Positions 48,311 to 60,565 of a DNA stretch of 64,000 nt are shown one piece after another (position 1 is the first letter of the stretch; the number at the start of each line of letters is the position of its first letter). Source of the DNA: Phyllobates terribilis (taxonomy: Eukaryota); assembly GCF_046119375.1 (NCBI RefSeq), contig NW_027362763.1, forward strand, positions 220,224,001 to 220,288,000, given 5' to 3'. The position numbers were made by a program, and so were the translations under genes. The notes beneath the pieces were generated by a model. It had not been told where the DNA came from and did not search any database. It saw nothing but the letters and a program-made list of their open reading frames with translations.

Positions 48311-51300
48311 TAGTGATGAGTGAGCGTGCTTGCAACTGCTCTGTACTCGCCCGAACATCTCACTGCTCTTGATGCTTGGCACTCGGTGAATACTTCCAGG
48401 TTGCTCCGATGGGAGCTTGGGTCTCTGCTCCCCATGTTTGGCGCTCTTTTGACAGAGAATAAACATGCGGGGATTGCCTGCCACTCACTGTAATGCCATG
48501 TTGGTTGTGGCATTAAAGTGATTGGCTGGCCGCATAGCATCATCGGGTCTATATAAGACCTGGTGCCGCTATGCTCGTCACAGTCTACCCCGGAAACCGG
48601 CAAAGTAGAGAGAGGTGCTGCTGAGTGAGGGAGAGAATTGGTGGTTTATTAGTTAGATAGGGGTAATCCACAGCAAGATATATATCCATCTGAACTAGCA
48701 GTCCTTCTAAGGACTAATCCAGCTGCATATATTACTGGTGATAGTAGAAGTTAGGCAGGCAGCTGGTGGACAATGTATACAGCAGAATAGAGTCCATTGC
48801 ACGTTCTATCTGCTGCTGTTACAGATATCTATAGCCCTAGATTTTGGGGCTATTTTTTTTTGCTTTTAATCCTGATTATTTGCTTAAAAAGCAATACAGT
48901 ACACCATTTTATTGCTCCAATTTCTTGTTAGAAGAATACAGACAGATTTTTTTTATTTTATTCGCATTGCTGTATTGTGGAAGCAGAGAAACGTATCCAT
49001 CAGATGGGATCAGATATTACTGCGCTAATAATCAAGACATTTTTGGGAGCTTGCCAGATATTGCACTCCATTTAAAGTCTGGCAGTTGAGTGTTGTTCAA
49101 ACCTATTTACTCTTGGTCACTGACCAATATCATACTAATAGGCTACTGCCTAAAACCGTTGTCATCACACGTGATCCCATATTACTGTAGTAATAATACA
49201 GACATTTATGTGAGCATGCCAAATATTATACTCCATTTAAAATGGAGTGGCAATGGAAGTGGTCGTGGATGTGATGGTGATGGTGCACGCAGAAGTCGAG
49301 GCCATGGGCAAGATGAAACTGTGCCTTCTGAGGGAGCACAACAAACACCCACATCATGTCGAACTACCTTCCTGTCCCAATTACTAGGGGGCCACAGAAC
49401 ACCACTCTTGAAGCCAGAGCAGTGTGAAAAGGTTGTTGGTTGGATAGCAGATAATGCTTACAGTCAGTTTGAAACCACCACCACCCTGTCTTCCACATGG
49501 TCCAGTCTCAGTAGCCGTGTGTCTGGACCACATATTCCTCACCCTGATCCTCCTTCCTCCTAGCATTCCAAGTGCCTGGAGACAACTGATCCCACACTTG
49601 GATACTTCAAAGAGCTATTCACTTTTTCATTTATAGATTCGGGCCTCTCGCCCTGCCCCCTTCAAATGGAGCAAGAGGAGATCGCATGATTTGAGCAGCC
49701 ATGGTGACATGAAGGTGATGGTGGGAAAGTGAAATTAATGTTGCAAGAGGTGGATGATGAGACACAATTTCCCCCAAGTCAGGAGGAGGCCCAGGGTGCG
49801 TACATGGAAGACGATGTGGTGGATGATGAAGTCACTGACAAAACATAGCAAGGTGACATGCATAGCAAGGACAGAAGCACAGAGGGTGAGGGAGGCGTAA
49901 CACTACAACAGGCAGGAACAAGCAGTGGGATGGCCACAGACTTAAGGTGGATAATTGTTCCATAGAAGATCAACACAAGGGAAGTTGCCAGTCCAATTGT
50001 TAGGTCTTCCTGAGTCTGGCTCTTTTTTAAAGACTGTCCCGATAACCCCAAAAATGCCATTTGCAACCTCTGCCATGCCAGCATCAGCATGGCAGCAAAA
50101 CTACCAGCCTGACCACCACCAGCATGCTCAGGCACATGAAACAAAAGCACCAGACTAGTTGAGCCGAACGCCAGGTCCAGAAACAGTGTCTGCGGGTGTC
50201 ACACTGCCTGTTCCACTGTTGTGCCTGCACGCCAATCCCCTGTCCATGGTGCAGGCGAAGATGCCTCCCTCCCTGCACCTGTCGTTGCATACATGCAACC
50301 ACCACCATCAGCAACCACGTCCACATCCTTTTCCCAGTGCAGTGTTCAGTTGTTCCTACCCCAGTCCATTGAGCAAGTGCACATACGCAGCCAACGCCCT
50401 ACAGGCCACACTACTAAACTCCCACATTTCTCAAATGCTTGCAATTGAAATGTTGCCATTCTGGTTCAAGGAGACTGAATTTTTCCACAACCTCATGGCG
50501 ACGGCCATCCCTCGGTACCTGGTCCCCAGCCGCCACTATTTCTCTCGGTGTACCATCCTCGCCTTACACAAGCACGTGTCCCTGAACATTACCTGTGCCC
50601 ACAACAACGCAGTTACTGGGAAGGTCCACCAAACCACGGGCACATGGAAAAGTGCTTGGGCCAGGAATGGCACATCTCACTGATGTTACACTGGGTTAAT
50701 ATAGTGGAAGCCAGGACCCAGTCGGACCCTGGGAGGGAATACGTCCTCCCGACAGCTAGCATTGCAGGCCCTGGGTCAATCAGGGTTGTCCCTACATTCT
50801 GCAGCTCCTGCGTTTCCTCCTCCTCCTCAGTCTCCATCTCCGAAATGACCACATCAATCGGAAGCTGGAAACACTGCCACACTTCCTCGGCCAAGTGGCA
50901 ACAGGCTGTGCTGAAGCTCATATGCTTAGATGACAAAGCGCACACCGCTGCAGAGTGGTTGACAGCTGCAAAAGAGCAGGCACATCTGTGGTACTCATTG
51001 CTGAACATACAACCAGGCATGGTCGTGTGTGACAATGGCGGGAACCTGGTGGCGGCTCTGAAGCTAGGCAAGCTCACACATGTACCATGCCTGGCTCATG
51101 TTTTCAACCTAGTGGTTCAGTGGTTTCTCAAAACCTACTCGGAATCTGAATGAACTGCTTGTCAAAGTATGCTACATGTGTGCCCATTTTCGAAAGTCAC
51201 CTACAGCTTCTGCCGCTCTCGCCATGCTTCAGCAGCATTTCCAGCTTCCTGCTCACTGACTGGTGTGCAATGTCACCACGCATTAGAACTCAACATTGCA

Positions 51301-51968
51301 TATGTTGGGAAGGATCTGTGAGCAGCAGAGGGCAGTTGTTGAATACCAGCTTCAAAACACTCATCATTATTCAGGTCAACCTCCGCACACAAGAGGTAAT
51401 GAGTGAGCATGAATGTCAGACATCTGTGCCATCCTCCAAAACTTTGAGGACTCCACCAAGATGGTGAGCGGCGATGGCGCCATAATTAGCATCACCATCC
51501 TGCTTCTCTGTCTACTAAAATGCTCGTTGCTCACAATTAAAGAGGAGGCATTGCAGGTGCTGCACGATGAGATGGAGCAAGGGACGATACAGGGTGATGC
51601 CACACAGCCCAAGCTCATCTTATTCCAGCGTGGATTGGGTGATAATGAGGAGGAGGAACAGGAACTGGTTTCCTGCGCTACAGACGGTACTACCCACACA
51701 ACTGTCATACTGTCTGTTCAGTGTGGATTGCCTGAGGAGAGGGAGAACAAGGAGGTTGAGGAGGAGAGCATGGACAGTTGTCCTCTTGGCCAGGACAGGG
51801 AAGACTTGTGCCCCTGCAGACCTCCGGGGGGGAAGGGGACGCCGGAAAAATGCTTGCATTTACCATTGACTTACATTGGGCTTGTTGCTCAGGTCGAGCA
51901 CCCGAGCTTTGTGATTTGCTTGATCCGAGGCATGAGAACCCGAGCATTTTAGTGCTCGCTCATCACTA
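48311..51968 (+). mobile_element. Internally deleted hAT element (3,658 bp) with degenerate transposase (~49242-51790)
   Basis: TIRs TAGTGATGAG / CTCATCACTA; TSD ATCAGTAC / ATCAGAAC; remnants VCDNGGN and PCLAHVFNL; C-terminal domain deleted. Splits an AT-rich piggyBac-like remnant. Confidence 0.92.
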
Positions 51969-51976
51969 ATCAGAAC

Positions 51977-52760
51977 CATTATTCGGTTATCAAAATTATA
52001 TAGATGTTTTATGATTTGCTACTTTTACTCTCTAAAAAATGCGCTTTTAAAACATTTATGTTTTTTTTTCACCATATTCTAAGAGATATCATTTTTTTAG
52101 TCTTTGATCAACATAGCTGTATTATGGCTATTTTTTTCCAGGACAAATAGAAGTTTTTATTAGTACCATTTTAGGGAGCATTACATTTTTTGATTGCTTT
52201 TAATTCAGATTTTTCAGATGCAGAATGAACAAAAACCAGCAATTCACTTTTTTTTCTATTCATATAAAAGTGAAAAAACAAATTTTTCTTCACGTCAGTA
52301 TGTTTATAGCGATACCAAGTTTATACAGCTTTTTAATGATTTGCTACTTTTGTAAACTAAACACAAGATTTTACAAAAAAATTGTTTCCTTTTGCATCCA
52401 CATATTTTGAAAGCTTTAACTTTATATTATTCTTTTGATAGAGCTGAATGTGAGCTTTTTTTTGCAGGACGAGTTAATGTTTTTATTGATACAATCTTTT
52501 TTAACGTATGACTTTTAGATCACTTCTTATTTTACTTCTTTGTGTGACATATGATGAAAAATCTTCATTTTGATGTTTTTTTTTTCTTTTTGTATGATGA
52601 TCGCCTTATTTAAAGAAATAACATGACAATTTTATACTTAGGATGTGGCGATACCAAGTATTTATACTTTTTTAAAGGTATTTTTGTTTTAACACAAAAT
52701 CTGCCTTTCTAGAGGAGAAACAGCTTTCTGTGTTATTATTGTGCTTCTCAGTGTTTTTTT
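51977..52760. mobile_element. AT-rich remnant of the piggyBac-like non-autonomous family (its left part is ~48090-48302)
   Basis: GCGATACCAAGT..TATA and T-rich blocks resemble the reverse complement of 16800-17500. Confidence 0.5.
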
Positions 52761-53024
52761 TTTTACATTTTTTCTTAATCTTAATTGTGATTCGAACTAA
52801 ACTTAACAGCCATGAACCAAATTTTTTGGATGGAAAAATTTGCCAAAGCTGGTGAATTTGAATTTCAAAATATTTGATCATCCATAATCAGCACTTTTCC
52901 TAGTATGTCACTGCTTCCTTCATAGCCTATACAGTGGTGGACTCCAGTTATTCGTGGTAATGAAGCTCAGTTGAGTGCACGTGGCAGAAAGGCACATATT
53001 CTGCCTTTTCATTCCTTTGCATTA

Positions 53025-53408
53025 GACCTCATTCAGATGTCTGATTTTCTTACAAACGAGACAAACGGACCAATTATTTTGTTCATATTTGGATCATAGT
53101 TTGATCACAGTTTGATCAGAGGTTGGTCTGAGTTTCATCAGCTTTTCTCGTACGTGGAGAAAAAAAAAAGTTTCTCTACTTTCTCCTTTCTGACTGCCAG
53201 GAAAATTGAACTACGTTTGGATGGCATTGGAGTGAAGTCTAATTTTTTCCCAAACTCATAGACTTGCATTGCCAATTTTTATCTGACTGTCGGATCAAAA
53301 TCGGACATGTCTCAACTTTTTTAAATTGACCACTCGGTTCGAGGAAAAAATCGGACAAGTGAACAACCCTATAGACTGTGAAAAACACATAAGATGTCTG
53401 AATGAGCT
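53025..53408. mobile_element. PIF/Harbinger-like MITE
   Basis: TIRs GACCTCATTCAGATGTC / GATGTCTGAATGAGCT; TTA-like flanks. Confidence 0.65.
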
Positions 53409-54677
53409 TTTAGCTGACCTCTATGTCCACTTGTCAACCATTATACTCTCTGGAAAGGCCTGTCCACCAAAAACCCTGTCAGTCTGGTTGCAATTTTGTG
53501 TTTTAATCATATTCTGTGCTGAGGACAGACATTACTTAATCTTATCACACATTGTTCCATTTATATTTTATAGTATATGTGCAGCAAAACTACAGATATT
53601 CTGTTCTTTAGTTTTATTTCAGGTGGTCCTGGCTAATTCCCTACACTTTTCTATAAGAAAATCTTACAACAATTACTGTCTCCATGGTGATTGGCTGTTT
53701 TTGCTATAAATGAGAAGGAAACTGTAACACCTAATACTGTAATTATACTTTATACAACAAGTAAAAATAATAACCAGATTTACATTGGGTAAGAATGATT
53801 TCTGCTTATAAAATGTGTAGATAATAATGATTTGTATGAAGGACTCCTATATAAAAGGATAACATTTGTGTCCTGCTACTGTAATTATTATTACGCAGGT
53901 AAGTCATAGAATATACCTGTCCAATAAACTTTTAAAGTTACATCAGGAAAATGGTCTATTGAATTTTATTTGTTTTCTTTTCCCCAAAAGAATAATAAAT
54001 ATTTTCTTTTTTTTAAGTTGCTATAGAAAAGGTAAGGAAATATTTTTTATGTGCTGGTAAATGTATTCCTTTTCCTACAGAGCACAATCATTTTTTTAAC
54101 TACATTAGATTTTGCAGTATATTTCTTTCTTACCTTTCTATTGCATCAATGCTGCTGTTCCATTAGGACACAATTTCTATTGGTACGCAAACTGATTTAT
54201 GTTCTTGAACAGTGCTAATCATTTCATTGGTATAAACATTTCCCTTGTGGACAGTAATTGTCTTCCCTTTGTGTATTTATTGTGTGTTTATGGGAAAAAT
54301 TGTACTCAGAATGAAATAGAACAGCTCGCCATAAACAATGCATTTATCCCCCATAGATCCTTGTACGAACAATGCTCTGTCTGCCACTAGTTACTGTAAT
54401 TATTTATTTTTTCATTGCAGTGTGGTAAAAAGTTATTTACAAACAGAACAAATATGTTTTTCTTCAAAAAAAGTTCTTGCGTAAAATAATAAATAGTACA
54501 ACTATTCCTTCCACAAAAAGAATAGTTAATAAAAAGTCATGAATTTAAAAAATTCTGCAGTGGCCCAATTATCTCAAATTTATGAATCTGAATCTGAACC
54601 TAAAATGATAGAATAGAGGTGGCTAAAAAGGTTACTCATACAGTATACATCAGGAACGAGTAGATCTTGTTGTTAAA

Positions 54678-55720
54678 TAGGGATGGGCGGAACCATGGAT
54701 AACCTGGACTGTTGGGTTTGGCCGAACTTTATTAAAAGTCTGTTTCGCGTAGCAGAATTATACCCGAATTTGATCCCGAACTCGGAATGAGGGGTCCGTA
54801 CATTCGGTGGTTCCCACGCTGTCATCTGTGTGACAGCGCGGGAAACACTGGCTATGATCGGTGGTAACCTTACTGAAGTCACTGCCAGTCACAGCCACTG
54901 GGTATAGTGGACCTCTGCGAGTTCCCACACTGCCACACAGATGATAGTGTGTGAGCCAGCAGCTGTAACCGGCGGTGAAAAAGTTACTGTCGGTCAGGTG
55001 TTGGCTGATGACTTCTACTCTCATCAGCATATGCCTGGTCTCACTGATAGCAGCGAGAGAAGGTGATGCTGATGAGAGTTTTCTCCAGCCGGCTCCGGTG
55101 CTTAGTAATAAATAATAATATAATTAGTGTGTGTGTAGCTTACTGTACATGTATTTAGCTAATAAATCAATAAAAAAATGGCCTGAAGCCCCCTTTATTT
55201 TTAATACCCAGCTGAGGGAAAGCAGACAGCAAGGGGCTGGTGTTTTTATTCTTGCAAGAGGGCAATAAATATGGAGGTTCCTTAATATCAGCTCACAGCT
55301 GTCTGCATTGCCTTTACTAGTTATTAAAAAGGGGGGACCCCCCATAAAATATTATGTGGGGCCCCCCTTATTTTTAATACCCAGCAAAGGTTAAGCAAAT
55401 CACTGCGAGTTGATATTACTAGGCTGGGAAGGCGCCATGGATATTGGCCCTCTCTCAGACTAATAACACCAACCCTCAGCCATCCCAGAACTGGCGCATC
55501 CATTAGATGCATCAATTCTGACTCTTAGCCTTGTCTCTTCCCGCTTTCCCTGGTGCATTGGCAAGCGGGGTAATAGTTTTGGGTTGATGTCACTTGTTTT
55601 ATGTTTGTTGACATCAAGCCCAGGGGTTAGTAGTGGAGGGGTGTCTATCATACAGCCCCATTACTAACCCCATAGACAAAAGTAATAAAGACACATGAAG
55701 AGAAAAGTCCTTTAAATGAG
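54678..55720. mobile_element. Truncated non-autonomous hAT (TAGGGATGGGCG end)
   Basis: hAT-type terminus with CCGAAC/TTCGG subterminal motifs; interior 55330-55520 is homologous to 59180-59350 in inverted orientation. Confidence 0.6.
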
Positions 55721-56043
55721 AAAATCAGTCCCTGACAATTCCCCTCATTTCCCCATTTATTAACCTAAAAATTAAAATCAAAGTACAGCAACTATATTTG
55801 ATATATATATATACTGAATTCTGATAGGTAATGGGCCAGTTTAGCAAAGAGTGAAGCTTATGTTTCAAACTATTTGTTTTCTTCTAACTGTTTGCTATTA
55901 TTATTGAGAACGTGATGTAAATTGTATTAAACTGAGAATGGTTAATGTTTGGATTACCCTGACCTTCTATTATGACATTATCTGTTTGTAACCATTATCC
56001 TGTGGAATTTTTCAACAAAAAGAGTTAAAAAAAAATCAAAGTA

Positions 56044-56130
56044 CCATATTTTTCGGACTTTAAGACGCACTTTTTTCCACCAAAATTTTGGAGGAAAGTG
56101 GGGGGTGCATTTTATAGTCCGAATGTGGGG
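56044..56130. mobile_element. pogo/Tc2-like MITE end
   Basis: TA followed by CCATATTTTTCGGACTTTAAGACGCAC with internal partial palindrome ..GTGC..TATAGTCCGAA. Confidence 0.5.
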
Positions 56131-57371
56131 GTATTAAAATATACTTATTTATGTATATTTTTATATATTGGACTGTTTATCAGATGGGATTCTTCCAGAG
56201 AACAGATCACGATATTCATATAGAAAAATGTAGCGGTTTATTCTTTGAATTGTCCATTAAAAAGAATAATTTCAGTAGTTACATAAAATAGGTGAAATAG
56301 TTACAAAATGATTGTCCATTTGTCTCAATTAATTGAGATTTACCCATCTTTTCCTTGGATCCTGGATGGTAGGTTGCATCTGTCTGTGTCCAGCACGTGT
56401 GTCAAGGCCTACATGTCATCTGCTTCCTCTACACATAGATCCTCCATCTGGTGTCGTGTGTCCAAGAGAGAGCGAGAGAGCCCCCTCCCTGTGACTGACA
56501 TGTGTTATATAGGCCCCTCATAGCACCTGTTCATCATATATGGCACTAACTTACACTGAGCTAAAAATACAAGAATAGCCCCCTAGCATGAGGCTAATGC
56601 AATCTTCTGCAATCTTCTGCAATGTATGGATACCGAATTCAGAATTAAGAATAAAAATGAATATCCATAAATAATATTTAACAATTCCCCCTTTTGAGGA
56701 TGACAGACATCAAGTACAGTAGATTGGTTTATCATTTGAATAACAGGAGCATCTTTCTTATTTTCTTCTTCCTTGGCAATATAATTTAATGTCCATAATA
56801 ATAATAATATTAATAATAATATCAATATCGGATTATTGTTATATGCATTCAATTGCATAATGATGTGAATTCATCATATGGTAAGCCGTGACTAAGATTC
56901 ATATAAAATGTATAATTATACTAACTAAATCTAAATCGAAGCAAACACAGGTTCAAATCACCATCATCTAATGTCATCGGATCTTTGTCTTGTCTTCTTC
57001 TTGGTTCTTTTAAAACACAGTTTTAGATGAAAACTCCTTTGAAATAAATTATAGTGTGTTGATATTGTACAGTCCATAATTGTATTTATTATTGTTCAGT
57101 CCATACCTGCGCTGCAGCTACACTGGGTGCCGGCTATTAAGGAGAATGAAGTCACTGCTCCCCACGCACACAGTCCCGGCGTGGGGAGCATTGACTATTC
57201 CCACAGCTGATCTCACCTTGTGAGGGCACATTGCAGGGACGTCATGTGTGGCTCACATGGTGAGATCAGTGCTGGCAGCAGAGCAGGATGCAGCACTGGA
57301 GCACAGGGAAGAAAGGTGAGTAGAAGTGTTTATTAATTTTTTTATGGGCAGCGTCAGAGGGATTAAGGGTG

Positions 57372-58480
57372 CAATGCATACCAAGATGGGGATTGCTGTG
57401 TCATGCATACCAGGATAAGGATGAGGGGTGCCATGCATATAAGGATAAGGGGTACCATGCATACCAGGATTGGGGATGAGGGGTGCCATGCATACCAGGA
57501 TAAGGATGAGGGATGTTATGTATTCCAGGATAAGGATGAGGGGTGCCATGCATAACAGGATAGGAATGAGGAGTGCCATGCATAACAGGATAAGGATGAG
57601 GGGTGCCATGCATACCAGGATAAGAATGAGGGGTGCCATGAATACAAGGATAAGAATGAGGGGTGTCATGCATACCAGGATTAGGGATGAGGGTGACATG
57701 CATACCAGGATAAGGATGAGGGGTACCATGCATGCCAGGATAAGGATAAGGGGTACGATGCATACCAGGATAAGGATGAGGGATTCCATGCATACCAGGA
57801 TAAGGATAAGGGGTGCCATGTATAATAGGATAGGAATGAGGAGTGCCATGCATAACAGGATAAGGATGAGGGGTGCCATGCATACCAGGATAAGGATGAT
57901 GGGTGACATGCATACCAGGATAAGAATGAGGGGTGACATGCATACCAGGATAGGGATGAGGGGTGCCATGCATACCAGGATAAGGATGAGGGGTGCCATG
58001 CATACCAGGATAAGGATGAGGGGTGCCAAGCATACCAGGATAAGGATGAGGGATGCAACGCATACCAGGATAAGGATGAGGGATGCCATGCATACCAGCA
58101 TAAGTATGAGGGGTGCCATGCATACCAGTATAAGGATGAGGGATGCCATGCATACCAGTATAAGGATGAGGGGTGCCATGCATACCAGTATAAGGATGAG
58201 GGGTGCCATGCATACCAGGATAAGGATGAGGGGTGCCATACATACCAGGATGAGGATGTGGAATGCCATGCATACCAGGATGAGGATGTGGGATGTCATG
58301 CATACCAGGATGAGGGGAGCCTTGCATACCAGGATGGAGATCAGTGGTGCCATGCATACCATGATGCAGGGGTGTCATGCATACCAGGATGTGTGGTGCC
58401 ATGCATATGAGGATGAGGTGAGCCTTGCATACCAGGATGGAGATCAGGGGTGCCATGCATACAAGGATGGAGGGGTACCA
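57372..58480. repeat. 30-bp minisatellite (CATGCATACCAGGATAAGGATGAGGGGTGC)n
   Basis: Exact 30-bp periodicity through most of the array. Confidence 0.95.
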
Positions 58481-59026
58481 TGCAGGGGCAGACTGGCCAG
58501 GGAGGCAGGGGGTACATGCCCCCCGGGCTGGTTCCAAGCAGTTGTTCAGGGCTGCACAGCCACCTGCTGATTTAGAGGCTGCAGCCTGCAATGTATTTTA
58601 ATGCGTACATGTGCAGGCCAGGTGGCAACAGCACAGAGCAGACACTGCTCACCTCACGCTGACCTTCCTGTGAGCAGTGAGGGAGGTCATACATCTCTGT
58701 ATCCTGGTAAGTCTGGGCGCCGTGATGCCAGAGAGGCAGGAGAATTACACAGTTTGTACAAAGAGGAGGCTGTGCCCTGATAACACCTCACAAGTCCAGG
58801 GCCGGATCCTGAACTTTATAGCCGCTCTGCTGAGGATCAGGGGGATTTTATTATGGCAGTTTGCACCTTCATGCAGGTTGGGCTGTCATTGGTTCAGATC
58901 TGTATGAAGGTCCAAACTTCCCCAGGTAATACAGCCACTGCTGAAATGAGTATGCAGACCCTGCACAGGACTAATCCTGCGGCTACAGGACTCTTAGATT
59001 ATATATACACAGCTAGATATTATAAT

Positions 59027-59719
59027 TAGAGATGAGCGGTATTCAACTAGAACTGTTCGTCAATCTCAAATTCGAGCTGTTTTGGGCGGTGTTCTAGTCG
59101 TTCGAATAATTATAAGCTGACATCAATCCCAACCCTATTACCCCACTGCCACCGCTACAGGGCAGTGGGCAGAGCGAAGCTAATTGCCAGAATTGGCGCA
59201 TCCTATTAATGCGCCATTTCTGGGGCGGCTGACGGCTGGTGTTTCTAGCCTGGGAGGGGGCCAATATTCATGGCACCTTTCCTGGGCTATTAATATTAGC
59301 CCCCAGCTGTCTGCCTAGCCTTTGCTAGCTATCATTTTTTTGGGGTCCCCCATTTTAATAGCTAGTAAAGGCTATGCATGATACCCTACACTATCACTGT
59401 ACTTATTATATATAGGACTGACATGTTTCTATCTATCTAATCTATATGTGATGCTCTATTCTTTCTGTTCTAAATTGTCGGGTAACGGTGTATGCCGCTG
59501 CTGAATTGCCGGCAGGCTTTTTTAAAGAGAGTGTCTTCTGAGCAGATTGTCAGCTTTTGGACACCTTCTGAAGGTGTTTTCTATGTGTTTTTGTTTGCCT
59601 GCCATTGGTTTTAATGGTGTTCGACGGTGTTCTAAGGTGTTTGACGAACAGTTCCACGAACATCCTGGTGTTCGACAAACCGAACCGAACCCGAACACTA
59701 CGGGGGTGGCTCAACACTA
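59027..59719 (+). mobile_element. Non-autonomous hAT MITE (693 bp) with the ends of the 3434-14596 family
   Basis: Perfect TSD ATTATAAT; ends TAGAGATGAGCG and CGGGGGTGGCTCAACACTA match the reverse complement of 14520-14596 and 3434-3640; foreign interior 59110-59470. Confidence 0.93.
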
Positions 59720-60565
59720 ATTATAATGTGTGATGTCCTGTAACTGATGCAGGATCAGTCCAGTGCATAAACCATTATACCATATAATGTCAGTGCACAG
59801 CACAGTACATACAGTGCTGGTAGACGAGATACTGTGACTACAAACATCAGATGTAATGCAGTATACACATTGTTATATGTACACACACATATAGATGACA
59901 ATATGCATTATAACATCTCATGTCTGTATCACTGTGTATCACATACCAGTCACTTATTATTCTGTGTACAAACATCCGATCTAATATACAGGATAATATC
60001 TGGCTGATGTAATATCTGATGTCTGTAGTCATAATATAATATATAGTGACATACATCCTGTATACTGTATGTAATCTATAATATAACTGGAGATGCGTGT
60101 CTGAGCCTGAAGCCTTTATAGACTGTGCAAGCGCGACACGCCTGCGCAGTCTGGCTCTGGACAGAAGCAGGCATGGGGCCATCACAGGTAAGAGGAGTGT
60201 GTATGGTGCTGGAGATCACGGTATGTGCAGACACTGAACGCATACCGCGAATCTACGGAGCCATACTTACATACTTACCTGACCAGGAGGAGCATTTCCG
60301 CGTCGCCTCTGGTCACCGGAAACCGTGGCAGGAGCGAGGCTTCGGAATCGGCGCATGTTCATAGCGCTATCTGGCGCCATTTTACTGAAGACACATTTGC
60401 AGTGTTTCTTCAGCTAAATGGCTACGGACAGCGCGGTATGGGCACACGCGTACTCTGGCACCACACTACTCCCCCGGTCTCCGGCAGAATAGGACACAGC
60501 GGCGCTGGAGCACAGGGAAGAAAGGTGAGTATAAGTGTTTATTTTTTTTAAAGTGTGCAGCGTGA

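Noticed and set aside
60270-60281. ATACTTACCTG as a U1 snRNA 5' end
   Set aside because: No downstream U1 stem-loops; it is just a minus-strand consensus 5' splice site.
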